Of a stretch of 64,000 nt of DNA, positions 38,158-48,731 are shown in pieces. The stretch lies in IMG/VR virus record IMGVR_UViG_2541047715_000004; one strand, written 5' to 3'. The notes under the pieces are model-generated. The model worked only from the letters and a program-made list of their open reading frames with translations. It was not told the origin of the DNA and did no database searches. The translations under genes were made by a program, and so were the position numbers. This stretch comes from a virus. Its lineage: Duplodnaviria > Heunggongvirae > Uroviricota > Caudoviricetes. Each line of letters opens with the position of its first letter. The stretch's first letter is position 1.

Positions 38158-39252
38158 TCAAAGCAGTTTGAGACTATTGGAAAGGATCTCAATCATCTTG
38201 ATATTTTCAGGCGTCAAATTCTGCGAAAGTTCGGTTATCTTATTGATAATGTTCTGTTTGGCATCAATTTCCCCGGCTTTCTCATCTGGTTTTTTGGGTT
38301 CGATGTCTTCAGGTTTTGGCGGTGCGACTTTGAGTTTTGGATTGCGGCTGTGAATCTGGATATAGATCGACCGCCCACGCTTAATCTCGCTGTATTCGAG
38401 ATAGCCCAAATCTTGGAGAGCTTTTAAGCCGTTACGTATAGTCTGATTCTGCGAGCTGACATTCCTGCTACTCAAATTGAGTCGCGCACGCAATCGAGCA
38501 AGCGATACCGGCGCAGGCTTGGTTGGAAGACTTTCGATGAAGGTGTACAGAGCCTGTGCTGTTTCTTTGCGTGGTAGCTTATTGATAACCTTTAACTGCA
38601 AAAGAACCTTATGGTCAAAGCGATATAGTTCGGCCAGCTTCGGTTCTGCATAGAACACCACCGTATCTTTCTGCTCGTTGTAGTCCACGCTATTGATGAG
38701 GTGCACCATCAGAAGCGAGATCTTGTTAGAGCCGTCGACGTTCTTTTCTTCATACGTTCTCTGGAAAGACAGAGTTGTACGCATGATCTTCAAAAGACTG
38801 TTTGTAAGCCGGTCGCGGAGTGTTTTGCGGATCTGTGACGATGGATAGCCACAAAACTTCGCAAATTTCGTGATGCTTAACTCGACACGACCATTAGGTT
38901 CGCCGTATTCTGCCAGCGAACGCACAACGCCCACCCACGTTTTGAAATCATGATCCATGTCCAGGCGAGGACCGGTTATCTTGATATCGGAATAGCCTTC
39001 AGAACGGGCTACTTCGAGCTGGACAAGCTCCTTTGAAGCATCGATCTCATTTGGCTTGTTACGTTTACTGTATTTTGTTCCCTTAAGCGTGGGGACGAAC
39101 AACCCCAGTCGCATCAACGCAATTGGTTGGACTGTATTGTTGCTATTAGGGACAAGTTCCCCTGTGTACAATTCAAGGGAACCTTCTTCAAAGTTGTCGA
39201 TGTTATCTTCTACTTCTTTGTTATTTTTACCTTTTTTATTTTTTGTGGACAT
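38158..39252 (-). CDS. repA: iteron-binding plasmid replication initiator (RepA-like)
   Basis: Gene flanked on both sides by direct iterons; start set at MSTKN (ORF extends to 39372 into iterons); no sequence motif recognised, call is from architecture. Confidence 0.65.
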   Translation of the reverse strand: MSTKNKKGKNNKEVEDNIDNFEEGSLELYTGELVPNSNNTVQPIALMRLGLFVPTLKGTKYSKRNKPNEIDASKELVQLEVARSEGYSDIKITGPRLDMDHDFKTWVGVVRSLAEYGEPNGRVELSITKFAKFCGYPSSQIRKTLRDRLTNSLLKIMRTTLSFQRTYEEKNVDGSNKISLLMVHLINSVDYNEQKDTVVFYAEPKLAELYRFDHKVLLQLKVINKLPRKETAQALYTFIESLPTKPAPVSLARLRARLNLSSRNVSSQNQTIRNGLKALQDLGYLEYSEIKRGRSIYIQIHSRNPKLKVAPPKPEDIEPKKPDEKAGEIDAKQNIINKITELSQNLTPENIKMIEILSNSLKLL

Positions 39253-39270
39253 GTGGACACCTTTGTCATT

Positions 39271-39375
39271 CAACCGCTGACAGCATACTTGATTTGCCGC
39301 TGACAGAATACTAAAAACAGTTGGCAGCATACGGTGAACCGCTGACAGACTATCAATTACCGCTGACAGCATACA
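39271..39375. repeat. iteron array (about 5 repeats) upstream of rep, origin-proximal
   Basis: CCGCTGACAGCATA, CCGCTGACAGAATA, GGCAGCATA, CCGCTGACAGACTA, CCGCTGACAGCATA. Confidence 0.8.
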
Positions 39376-39409
39376 TGAACATGACTTCAGACCAGTCGTG
39401 GCGCGGCTT

Positions 39410-39495
39410 ACAGCGATCGGGGATCTTATTTGATCTATATAAGGATCTATCTATGGATCTCTTTATTAGGATCTATCCTGTGGATATGTGAATAA
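39410..39495. promoter_or_regulatory. putative origin elements: GATC cluster and DnaA-box-like site
   Basis: Six GATC sites within about 60 bp in GGATCTAT-type repeats, then CTGTGGATATG (DnaA-box-like). Confidence 0.5.
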
Positions 39496-39573
39496 TTAAA
39501 ACAGGCATTTACTACCTTCGGCGCACCTGGTGGGTTATCGTTGCCTCGGCTAACAATCACAGAAAAATGACAT

Positions 39574-40218
39574 ATGGATCTAAAACGCACGCGCTGGGTT
39601 CGTCGTCTTGAAGACGGCTCCTACACTATCGAATCAAATTCCAACCTGAATAAGCAGAAGTTGCTTTGTGACATCTGCGGTATAGCGGCGAAGTGCCCGA
39701 TCTACGAAACCAGAATTAAACTTGATAAGGCTGGTGTGAATTTTCATTTAAACAGTTGCATCAGGTACGTTCCATTACTCGCATTTCGTAAACCGATCAT
39801 CGGATTGGATGCTCCCTACTTCAACACACTCCGTTCAGGTGTGACGTGGCGAGATCGTTTATCACCAGACAAGCTGATTTGCCTCGTATCCGCAGACACA
39901 GGGAAAATCATCCGTTTTGGGAAAGTAGACAAGGTTTACTCAGGCCCAGTAGACGAAATGTTGCGGAAACACAGCCGGTTTAATCATCTCTGTATGGGTG
40001 GTGAGAAAATCGAGAAAGTAGAAGAAGTGATCCGCAAATCCTACGGACACTTTCTGACCAAAGATAGCCTGCTCACCGCAATCTACATCAGACATGTAAA
40101 ACGTGAGTTCGACCTCGAATACCACAGCGAAGAAGAGCTTAACCTTGTTGACCCACGTCCAAAAGCTGGCGTCATAAGCATAAACGCAGCGCGTAAAAAG
40201 CCCACTGACGCGCTGTAA
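39574..40218 (+). CDS. hypothetical protein
   Basis: 214 aa ORF next to origin. Confidence 0.45.
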   Translation: MDLKRTRWVRRLEDGSYTIESNSNLNKQKLLCDICGIAAKCPIYETRIKLDKAGVNFHLNSCIRYVPLLAFRKPIIGLDAPYFNTLRSGVTWRDRLSPDKLICLVSADTGKIIRFGKVDKVYSGPVDEMLRKHSRFNHLCMGGEKIEKVEEVIRKSYGHFLTKDSLLTAIYIRHVKREFDLEYHSEEELNLVDPRPKAGVISINAARKKPTDAL

Positions 40219-40472
40219 CCCTCCAGATCGTATATTGGCGTAGATAGAATCTACGCCCCCTCAAAATAGCTCTCATAGCGTTCTACAGTGATCCTGTCTT
40301 ATTTTTAGTCATACAGACAAGCAAAGTTGCGCCACGATAAATAGGTATATACTTACTTATAAATTTTGTATATTAAGGCGCTCGTTTCATTCCTAATATA
40401 CCGTTATGCATAGTTGTTTACCTCCTCATTGCTCTTAGAATTTGTATCAAAATAACCACAAAGGAAAAATAC

Positions 40473-41558
40473 ATGACTTTGCCATACGGCGTCATTTCTG
40501 ACTGCCACTACCACAAATGGGATGCGTTCTCCACGACGAACGCTGAGGGGCTTAACTCCAGACTTGAAATACAGTTGGAAGCAACGAAAGAAGCAGCCAT
40601 CGCCATGAAGAAGGCCGGTTGTAAGTACATGTTGGTTGCCGGTGATACATTTCACGTCCGAGGAACTGTGTCCCCTTCTGTTTTGCATTACGTAACTGAA
40701 ACGTACAAGTGGATTATCAACGAGCTTGATCTGACAGTAGTAATGCTGGCCGGTAATCACGATCTTGAAACCAACGATTCAGTATATAGCGCCAACGCAG
40801 CAGCATCGCTGAGTTCTATCGGCGTGGTAATCGTATGTGGCAAGCGCCCACACTCAATAAAAATTGGTGATGTGACTGTCCACCTGATTAGCTGGCGTAA
40901 CAATCATGCGGAGCTTATCAGCGATCTGAAAGCATTACGTAAGAGCGTAGAAGGTGATAATCATGACGTTGTTATCCATACATCCATTAACAAAGCCATT
41001 CCAACAATGCCTGACGTCGGTATCGATGCGCAGGAGTTAAAGGATATCGGCTTTCGTCTCGTGCTTAGTGGGCATTACCACAACCACAAAGAGGTCATTC
41101 CTGGAGTTATCAGTGTCGGTGCACTGACTCATCAAAATTGGGGAGATGTTGGATCTCTGGCTGGCTACATGATCGTAAACCCGGACGGCAGTTTCAGTCA
41201 CTACGAAACCAGTGCGCCTAAATTCATTAACCTGGAAGATGATGTTGCTGATGACCAAATTCGCGGCAACTACGTGCGTTTCCGCGCCGTAATTGAGAAC
41301 GATGAAGAAGGCATTAAGTACCAGAACATCCTCAAAACAATGGGTGCAAAAGGTGTCGTGTGCAACTTCATCCGTAAGTCATCAATGATGGAAGGGACAG
41401 CCAGCACAACTGAAACCAGCAAAATCGATAGCCTGGGAGAGTCGGTATCTGCTTATTGCAAGATTGTCCACGATACTGACGGCGGATTTGATCTGAGCAA
41501 ATTGGATATTTTGTGTCAGGAAATCCTCACCGAAGCGGAGAGTTCGGAGGCTGTGTGA
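40473..41558 (+). CDS. sbcD: SbcD/Mre11-like nuclease
   Basis: Calcineurin-like phosphoesterase motifs GDTFHV, GNHD; 361 aa. Confidence 0.75.
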   Translation: MTLPYGVISDCHYHKWDAFSTTNAEGLNSRLEIQLEATKEAAIAMKKAGCKYMLVAGDTFHVRGTVSPSVLHYVTETYKWIINELDLTVVMLAGNHDLETNDSVYSANAAASLSSIGVVIVCGKRPHSIKIGDVTVHLISWRNNHAELISDLKALRKSVEGDNHDVVIHTSINKAIPTMPDVGIDAQELKDIGFRLVLSGHYHNHKEVIPGVISVGALTHQNWGDVGSLAGYMIVNPDGSFSHYETSAPKFINLEDDVADDQIRGNYVRFRAVIENDEEGIKYQNILKTMGAKGVVCNFIRKSSMMEGTASTTETSKIDSLGESVSAYCKIVHDTDGGFDLSKLDILCQEILTEAESSEAV

Positions 41559-41599
41559 AGCAAAGTCGTTATGGGAGCTTTCGAGACTTTGCCATCACG

Positions 41600-41791
41600 A
41601 TGAAAAGACTTGAACGAGGCCAGACGGTGATGTTTCACAAGCCCTACCCGCCACAAGGAAATCCCGTAGCGTTTTATCTTGGAAGGTTAACAAGAAAAGG
41701 CGTATTGAGGCGCAGATCCTTCCCGGCGCATACGGAGTTCAGATTGAAAGAAGGCCAAAAGCTAACACACGGTATCAGAGGTGTTATATGA
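41600..41791 (+). CDS. small basic hypothetical protein between sbcD and sbcC
   Basis: Internal ATG of ORF 41513..41791; stop overlaps sbcC start (ATGA). Confidence 0.3.
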   Translation: MKRLERGQTVMFHKPYPPQGNPVAFYLGRLTRKGVLRRRSFPAHTEFRLKEGQKLTHGIRGVI

Positions 41792-43704
41792 AGTTTTTAA
41801 AGCTCCAGGTTGAGAATTTTATGGCTATCGCCAGCGCGGAGGTCGAGTTAGATCAGCGTGGTTTAGTGCTTATTCAGGGTGTTAATAGTGATGATAGTTC
41901 CGCATCAAGTAATGGCTCAGGAAAGTCAACTCTAATGAATAGCCTGATGTGGTGTCTTTATGGCGAAACAGCTCATGGTGTGAAGGGTGACGATGTGTTG
42001 TCTACCGACCATGAAAAGAACTGTCGTGTTGCAGTAACCATCGAGGATGAAGGCAAGAGATACGCAATCATTCGTCACCGTAAACACAAAGAGTTCAAAA
42101 ATCGTCTTATCGTTCGTGGTGAAGATGGCGATATGACGAAAGGCAAAGATGCGCTGACGCAGGAGTTCGTCGAGCGTCTGATCGGTGCATCTAAAGAGGT
42201 TTTCATGGCTTCCATCTATGCGAGCCAAGAAGCTATGCCAGATTTACCTGGAATGTCCGACAAAAACCTCAAAACCATCGTAGAAGAAGCCGCTGGCGTT
42301 GACAGACTGACACGCGCCTACGCTATTGCTCGTGAGCGAGCTAATGCAGCTGCCGCACGTATGGATGTGGTTAAAACCAAATTGGAGTCGACAATCTCGA
42401 CCATTGAGGCAACACAGTCAGAAATTGAGTCAGCGAAAGCCTCCTCTGAATCATGGGAGCAAGAGCGTTCTAAACGTTATGACGATGCCCTGGCTGGGCT
42501 GGCCAGTGCCGAAGTTGAGTTAACGGAAGTTGAACTTGAGATCCGCACTCTTCCCGAACAGATACGTGATACCGAGAAGGCAATCGAAAGTGAGCGCAAA
42601 AAGTTAGCCTCAAAAGAAGAACATGACGCCAAGTTGCTCAAAGTTCGTGGTGCGATAACTGATATTCGGGCAAGCATCAAAGCTACAGAAAATAGTCAGG
42701 CTGATGCAATGAGCCGCGCGCGCAATTTTAAGACCAAAGCAGAAGAGGTTGGTACTAAAGTAGGATCACCATGCCCTACTTGTGGCAAAGCCTACTGCGA
42801 AGAAGATCTATCAACGGTGAAGGAGAATTTCATTGAACAAGCACGTCAGGAAATTGGTCAGGCGAAGACACTTGCAGAGGCAATGGCTAAACACAAAACG
42901 AATCTTGAGAAAGCGTTAAGCATTGAGTCTGCCCTTGTTAAAACGACACCTGATGTAACGGCTATCATTGCCCGGATTGAAGAGCTTACGAAACAACTCT
43001 CATCTTTGCGTCATCGTGAGAAGGAGGTTGTTGCTATTGAGTCTCTTGTGACTCGTGCTCGTACTGAGGTCGATCGTATATCAAAAGAGATTAATCCGTT
43101 TATTGCTCTTATCGCCAGACACGAAGATAACTTGGTATCCAGTAAGTCTACCTTCAAGTCCTTAAAAGATGAGTTGAAGGCTATTCAGGAACAAACGTTG
43201 CTATTGGAAAAAGCTCGTCAGGTCTACTCTCCTGCCGGGGTGCGTTCTCATATTTTGACGTCTGTTACGCCTTTCCTGAATACACGCACTGCCGAGTATC
43301 TCAATACGTTGTCTGACGGGAATATTACTGCTGAGTGGTCGACGATGGATGTCACTAAAAAAGGTGAGTATCGCGACAAATTCAACATTAGTGTGCAGAA
43401 GAAAGGTTCAAGTAAGTCGTTCCAGACCCTCTCTGGTGGTGAGAAGCGGAAGGTTCGCATTGCGTGTTCTTTGGCATTGCAGGATCTGGTTAGTAACCGG
43501 GCGAGTAAAAACATCGATTTGTTTATCGGCGACGAAATTGACGATGCACTCGATACAGCCGGTCTTGAACGCCTCATGGGTATTCTGGAGTCCAAAGCTC
43601 GCGAGCGAGGTACTGTGCTGATTATCTCCCATAAAGAGATGAAGTCATGGTTCCGGGAAACTATTACGCTGGAAGTTAAAGAGGGGCGCAGCTATGTCGT
43701 TTAA
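41788..43704 (+). CDS. sbcC: SbcC/Rad50-like ATPase
   Basis: N-terminal Walker A NGSGKSTLMN, long coiled coil with CPTCGK zinc hook-like motif, C-terminal signature LSGGEKRK and Walker B LFIGDEIDD. Confidence 0.8.
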   Translation: MKFLKLQVENFMAIASAEVELDQRGLVLIQGVNSDDSSASSNGSGKSTLMNSLMWCLYGETAHGVKGDDVLSTDHEKNCRVAVTIEDEGKRYAIIRHRKHKEFKNRLIVRGEDGDMTKGKDALTQEFVERLIGASKEVFMASIYASQEAMPDLPGMSDKNLKTIVEEAAGVDRLTRAYAIARERANAAAARMDVVKTKLESTISTIEATQSEIESAKASSESWEQERSKRYDDALAGLASAEVELTEVELEIRTLPEQIRDTEKAIESERKKLASKEEHDAKLLKVRGAITDIRASIKATENSQADAMSRARNFKTKAEEVGTKVGSPCPTCGKAYCEEDLSTVKENFIEQARQEIGQAKTLAEAMAKHKTNLEKALSIESALVKTTPDVTAIIARIEELTKQLSSLRHREKEVVAIESLVTRARTEVDRISKEINPFIALIARHEDNLVSSKSTFKSLKDELKAIQEQTLLLEKARQVYSPAGVRSHILTSVTPFLNTRTAEYLNTLSDGNITAEWSTMDVTKKGEYRDKFNISVQKKGSSKSFQTLSGGEKRKVRIACSLALQDLVSNRASKNIDLFIGDEIDDALDTAGLERLMGILESKARERGTVLIISHKEMKSWFRETITLEVKEGRSYVV

Positions 43705-44437
43705 ATTAAGCCGCTCGCAGTTTTTGCAGGTATTTGCAGTGATGCAGTCGATAAAACTGATCAATGGGCATACTTCCAATGGTGCGGCTCCACGTATTCT
43801 GTGGGGCAGCAACAATATTGACGGAGTACAATTCGCCGCGTTGCTTGGTCTAATATCCGAGACGCCATTGATGCAAAGTTTGAAATCACTACCACCTGGA
43901 TGTATTGCGCCGATCCTGATTAATCCTTTTGTTGAGGGGGGATATCTTCCCAACGTCGGGCCTGGGTTTATTGCATCCCATGAAACTGAAGATCTTAACA
44001 TTAATAGCGAAGGGTTCTTTGGGGGAATGGGTGCGCATCACTGTATGGCTTTCACGAACCTTATTCGACTTGCCAATAAGCGGGTGGATAGTTTGGCATC
44101 GCCAGGTGATGCTTTTACTGGTTTCCTTATCCAAAGGAGGGATAAAAAGTACAGTGCGGACAAACTACAGTTTGTTGGTAAGTATGGAGAAATGGTAGAA
44201 ATCGAACTTCAGCTCCCTCATGTTTTAGCAAACGATAGTGCAGACAGTCGGAGGCTATTGGGCATCATGCGTCATTTCATAGCAAGTGGTGTTAAACATG
44301 CCGCAGATAAACGTGTCACGCAGGAAAATGAGTATTCAGACTTTGCAAACTATCCCCAACCAACGTTGCAAACGGCAATAGTAGCCAATTCGTTGGAGGC
44401 GAGATTATTGGAAAACCCTATATGGGGAACATGGTAA
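43694..44437 (+). CDS. hypothetical protein
   Basis: 247 aa ORF. Confidence 0.45.
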   Translation: MSFKLSRSQFLQVFAVMQSIKLINGHTSNGAAPRILWGSNNIDGVQFAALLGLISETPLMQSLKSLPPGCIAPILINPFVEGGYLPNVGPGFIASHETEDLNINSEGFFGGMGAHHCMAFTNLIRLANKRVDSLASPGDAFTGFLIQRRDKKYSADKLQFVGKYGEMVEIELQLPHVLANDSADSRRLLGIMRHFIASGVKHAADKRVTQENEYSDFANYPQPTLQTAIVANSLEARLLENPIWGTW

Positions 44438-44446
44438 GGAGACTAT

Positions 44447-45016
44447 ATGAGTAAAAAAATCAGCGTAGTTGGTGTTGATCCCTCTATGAGCAACTTTGGG
44501 CTTGCTGTGGGCACTTTAGACCTTGAAACGGACGAACTTGAGATTCACGGCCTTACTCTTGTTGAGACTAAAGCGGGGAGTAACAAAAAGACCGTTCGTG
44601 TGAACAGTGACGATCTGCGCCGCGCCAGTGAAATATGGCGTGTTGCGAAGCCAATCATTGATAAGGCAAATATGGTTTTTTGTGAGCTACCGGTTGGGAG
44701 CCAAAACTCTCGTTCGCAGACGTCTTACGGTATTTGTATCGGTGTACTTGCGTGTGTGGATAAGCCATTGATCCAGGTTACTCCAAACGAAATCAAGCAT
44801 TTTGTCGGCAATAAACTTACTACATCGAAAGAAGAGATTATCCAGTGGGCTACGAAAAAACACCCTAAAGCACCGTGGCTGCGTCGTAAGCAATCTGGAC
44901 AGGATGTTCTCGTGAACAAAAACGAACATTTGGCTGATGCGGTGGCTGCCATCCATACCGGTATGCAAACAGATCAGTTCCGCCAGGTGCGCGATGTTCT
45001 TAAGTCTCTCATTTGA
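44447..45016 (+). CDS. RuvC-like Holliday junction resolvase (putative)
   Basis: N-terminal VVGVDPSMSNFGLAV resembles RuvC/YqgF-fold first catalytic motif. Confidence 0.45.
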   Translation: MSKKISVVGVDPSMSNFGLAVGTLDLETDELEIHGLTLVETKAGSNKKTVRVNSDDLRRASEIWRVAKPIIDKANMVFCELPVGSQNSRSQTSYGICIGVLACVDKPLIQVTPNEIKHFVGNKLTTSKEEIIQWATKKHPKAPWLRRKQSGQDVLVNKNEHLADAVAAIHTGMQTDQFRQVRDVLKSLI

Positions 45017-45089
45017 TTTCATTGATAGGTAAGTGCTTATCTATTAACATGGGCCACTATATTTAGTGGCCCTCTTTATTTGGTGATAC

Positions 45090-47405
45090 ATGATAAGCAT
45101 CGTAAAACGTAACGGCCAAACAGAGCCGTTATCCGAAGAAAAATACAACCGCGTCGTAATGTATGGCGTAGAAGGCATTCGTGGTGTAAGCGCATCCGCT
45201 GTAGCAATGGGAGCTGCGGCCAGCATTTTTGATGGGATTACCACCAGCCAGTTGCATGAGGCTTTGGTTAAATCTGCCGCTGATTTGATCTCACCAGAAG
45301 CACCAAATTACTCACAGGTGGCTGCCCGCCTGAACATTTTTAAAATCCGCAAAGATGCCTTCGGTCGTTACGACTATCCGAACTTCTACCAACACATTGT
45401 CAAGAACGTTAACAAGGGCGTTTATGACAAGGATTTGCTGACACATTATTCGTTTGAAGAGATCGAAGAACTCGGCAATTACATTAAGCCGAAACGTGAC
45501 GATCTTTTTGGCTATGCAGCTACGGTGCAGTTGCAAAGCAAATACCTCGTTCAAAACCGTGTTACTGGTGAGATTCACGAAGGCCCGCAACATATCTATA
45601 TGCTGGTGGGCATGTGTCTGTTCCAGAATTGGGAAGACGACTGCGCGGGCAAAACACGTATGGAGATGGTCAAAGGTTTCTATGACGTTACAAGTACGTT
45701 CAAACTGTCTCTGCCCACACCAATCATGGCTGGCGTCCGTACTCCAACCCGTCAGTTCTCCAGTTGTGTGCTGATTGAGTCTGGCGATAGTCTGAAAGGG
45801 ATTAGTGCAGCTTCAGCCGCAATTATCGACTACGTTTCACGTCGTGCTGGAATTGGTATTGGTTTTGGCCGTATCCGTGCGCTGGGCAGTGAGATCCGCA
45901 ATGGTGAAGCCACCCATACCGGAGTTATTCCATTCCTGAAGCATTTCCAGACTGCTGTTAAATCTTGCTCGCAAGGTGGTGTTCGTGGTGGCGCAGCAAC
46001 AGCGTTTTACCCGATCTGGCATCTTGAAGTTGAAAGTCTGCTGGTGGTGAAAAATAACCGTGGTATTGATGAAAACCGCGTTCGCCATCTTGATTACGGC
46101 GTCATGAGTAACCGTCTAATGTACCGTCGACTCGTCAGAAGCGAGAACATCACTCTGTTCAGCCCGCATGATGTGCCTGATATGTACGAAGCCTTCTTCA
46201 CAGACCAGGATCTGTTTGAAAAGCTGTACCATAAATACGAAGCCGATGATTCAATTCGCAAGAAGTCAGTACCTGCCATTGAGCTGTTCTCATCTCTGAT
46301 GCAGGAACGAGCGTCCACGGGCCGAATTTATATTGCGAACGTCGATCATATTAATGAGCATGGCGCTTTCATTCCTGCTCTTGCACCTGTCCGCCAGTCA
46401 AACCTGTGCATGGAGATCACTCTACCCACTCGTCCACTGGCATTTACCGACGACCCGAACGGTGAGATCGCGCTATGCACTTTATCCGCTTTTAACCTCG
46501 GAGCCATCCGTTCACTGGAGTCTCTTAAAGAGGTGGCGTTCTATGCCGTTGCTGCACTGGATTCGTTACTGGATTATCAAGACTATCCGATGGAGGCAGC
46601 CGAAGTGCCTGCCAAAGCTCGTCGTAGCTTGGGAATTGGTGTAACCAACTTTGCTTATTACCTGGCAAAGAATGGCGTTCGTTATTCTGATACCGCTGGC
46701 AATAAACTGGTGCATGAAACGTTCGAAGCTATCCAGTATTACCTTCTTGATGCCAGCTGCCGACTTGCTGAAGCAAAAGGTGAGTGTGACTGGTTTGAGC
46801 AGACCAAGTACGCAATTGGTCAGTTGCCGATCGACCATTACCGTTCTTCATTAGACGAAAGTGGCGAAACCAACTTTGAGTTAAAGATGCCGTGGGAAGA
46901 ACTGCGTGAACGTATTGCAAAATACGGCCTTCGCAACTCCACACTGACGGCACAAATGCCATGCGAGACTTCCAGCCAGATCACTAATTCCACCAACGGC
47001 ATCGAACCGCCTCGTGGCCCGGTGTCGGTGAAATCTTCTAAGGACGGCATCGTTAAGATGGTCGTGCCTGAGTTTGAAAAACTGAAGGAACAGTATGAAT
47101 ACCTGTGGGATATGCCGGACAACCGCGGCTATCTGACAAAGGTGGCGATCATCCAGAAGTTCTTTGACCAGGCTATTTCAGCCAATACCAACTATGACCC
47201 TTCTCGCTTTGAAGGCGATAAAGTCCCAATGATGACGCTACTGTCAGATTTGCTTCTCGCCTACAAGATGGGAGTTAAAACGCTTTACTACCACAACACC
47301 AGAGATGGGGCAGGAAAGCGTGATGACGACGAACCGCAGAATCCACTGACGCAAGCTGTAGCCGTCGAGCCAGAAGATGAGTGCGACGGAGCCTGCAAAA
47401 TCTGA
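45090..47405 (+). CDS. nrdA: ribonucleotide reductase class Ia large subunit
   Basis: 771 aa; N-terminal ATP-cone-like segment (VKRNGQTEPL); C-terminal Cys-x2-Cys-containing tail; followed by nrdB. Confidence 0.85.
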   Translation: MISIVKRNGQTEPLSEEKYNRVVMYGVEGIRGVSASAVAMGAAASIFDGITTSQLHEALVKSAADLISPEAPNYSQVAARLNIFKIRKDAFGRYDYPNFYQHIVKNVNKGVYDKDLLTHYSFEEIEELGNYIKPKRDDLFGYAATVQLQSKYLVQNRVTGEIHEGPQHIYMLVGMCLFQNWEDDCAGKTRMEMVKGFYDVTSTFKLSLPTPIMAGVRTPTRQFSSCVLIESGDSLKGISAASAAIIDYVSRRAGIGIGFGRIRALGSEIRNGEATHTGVIPFLKHFQTAVKSCSQGGVRGGAATAFYPIWHLEVESLLVVKNNRGIDENRVRHLDYGVMSNRLMYRRLVRSENITLFSPHDVPDMYEAFFTDQDLFEKLYHKYEADDSIRKKSVPAIELFSSLMQERASTGRIYIANVDHINEHGAFIPALAPVRQSNLCMEITLPTRPLAFTDDPNGEIALCTLSAFNLGAIRSLESLKEVAFYAVAALDSLLDYQDYPMEAAEVPAKARRSLGIGVTNFAYYLAKNGVRYSDTAGNKLVHETFEAIQYYLLDASCRLAEAKGECDWFEQTKYAIGQLPIDHYRSSLDESGETNFELKMPWEELRERIAKYGLRNSTLTAQMPCETSSQITNSTNGIEPPRGPVSVKSSKDGIVKMVVPEFEKLKEQYEYLWDMPDNRGYLTKVAIIQKFFDQAISANTNYDPSRFEGDKVPMMTLLSDLLLAYKMGVKTLYYHNTRDGAGKRDDDEPQNPLTQAVAVEPEDECDGACKI

Positions 47406-47511
47406 CATATGGTGGGGGATATCCCCACCTTCTCTTTGATTTGTAAGCCTTGTTTAAACACATAAGATAACAACTTGTTTAAACGCACCAAAAAAGAAAA
47501 AGGAAAAACAC

Positions 47512-48654
47512 ATGTCATATTCAACGTTCCGTTTGGGTGCTAATGATGCAACCAAAGAGCCTATGTTCCTCGGACAATCTGTCAACGTGGCACGTTACGA
47601 TCAGCAAAAATACCGTGATTTTGAAAAGTTGATTGAACGTCAATTGTCTTTCTTCTGGCGGCCGGAAGAAGTTGATATTTCGAGTGATCGTATCGACTTC
47701 AACACGAAGCTGCGGGACCACGAACGTCACATTTTTCTGAGCAATCTCCGTTATCAAACGTTACTCGATTCAGTTCAGGGACGTAGCCCAAATGCAACGC
47801 TTCTGCCGCTTATCTCTATTCCTGAACTGGAAACGTGGGTTGAAACATGGTCTTTCTCTGAGACTATCCATAGCCGCAGCTACACCCACATTATTCGTGG
47901 CATGGTGGACGATCCGAGTATTGTTTTTGACGGTATTGTTACGGATGAAGAAATCATCAACCGAGCGATCAGTATCTCTGCTGAATATGACAGGCTTTAT
48001 GGGATGACCTGCGAGCGCCAGTCGTTAGGTGAGAAAGAGTTTGAACGTCTGTACGTAAATGAATATGGCTGGGAGCCATACCCTTTGCACCGTCAGCTTT
48101 TCCGCACGTTGGTGTCCATTAATGCGCTTGAGGCGATCCGTTTCTATGTAAGTTTTGCATGTACGTTTGCCTTTGGCGAACGGAAGTTGCTTGAGGGTAA
48201 CACCAAAATTATGCGCTTTATTGCCCGTGATGAAGCTCTGCATTGCGAAGGAACTGAACGCATGATCCGCTTCATGCGTACCGGTCGCGAAGGCTTATTG
48301 TGGAAAGAGATTGCTGCTGATGAAGAAAACGTCATTTACGACACCATGAAATCAGTCGCCGAACAAGAAATGAACTGGGCAGACTATCTCTTCAAAGACG
48401 GTTCGATGATTGGTTTAAACGCGGATATTCTGAAGACCTATGTAAAATACCGCACCAATCTGGCTATGAATCGTCTTGGCCTGAAGGCTTTATTTCCAGA
48501 AGTTACCACAGATCCGCTGGTCTGGATGAACAAGTGGTTGTTAACCGACACACTGCAAATTGCACCACAAGAGGCAGAGCAAAGCACATATCTGGTAGGT
48601 CAGATCGATTCTACCGTGGATAAGGCTTCTCTAAGCCAGTTTGCAGACCTGTAA
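47512..48654 (+). CDS. nrdB: ribonucleotide reductase class Ia small subunit
   Basis: 380 aa; position and size immediately downstream of nrdA, consistent with a di-iron/tyrosyl-radical R2 subunit. Confidence 0.85.
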   Translation: MSYSTFRLGANDATKEPMFLGQSVNVARYDQQKYRDFEKLIERQLSFFWRPEEVDISSDRIDFNTKLRDHERHIFLSNLRYQTLLDSVQGRSPNATLLPLISIPELETWVETWSFSETIHSRSYTHIIRGMVDDPSIVFDGIVTDEEIINRAISISAEYDRLYGMTCERQSLGEKEFERLYVNEYGWEPYPLHRQLFRTLVSINALEAIRFYVSFACTFAFGERKLLEGNTKIMRFIARDEALHCEGTERMIRFMRTGREGLLWKEIAADEENVIYDTMKSVAEQEMNWADYLFKDGSMIGLNADILKTYVKYRTNLAMNRLGLKALFPEVTTDPLVWMNKWLLTDTLQIAPQEAEQSTYLVGQIDSTVDKASLSQFADL

Positions 48655-48731
48655 ACCGATACAAAGCATTATGTGGCCTGGCAACGCTGGGCCACAATGG
48701 ATCACAAGAATTAAGAAGGAACAAAACTAGT

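Noticed and set aside
37625-39375. Possible CRISPR array (regularly spaced direct repeats)
   Set aside because: Repeats are only about 14-17 bp, spacing is irregular (20-50 bp with a 160-bp gap), they flank a gene on both sides and no cas genes are present; architecture fits plasmid iterons
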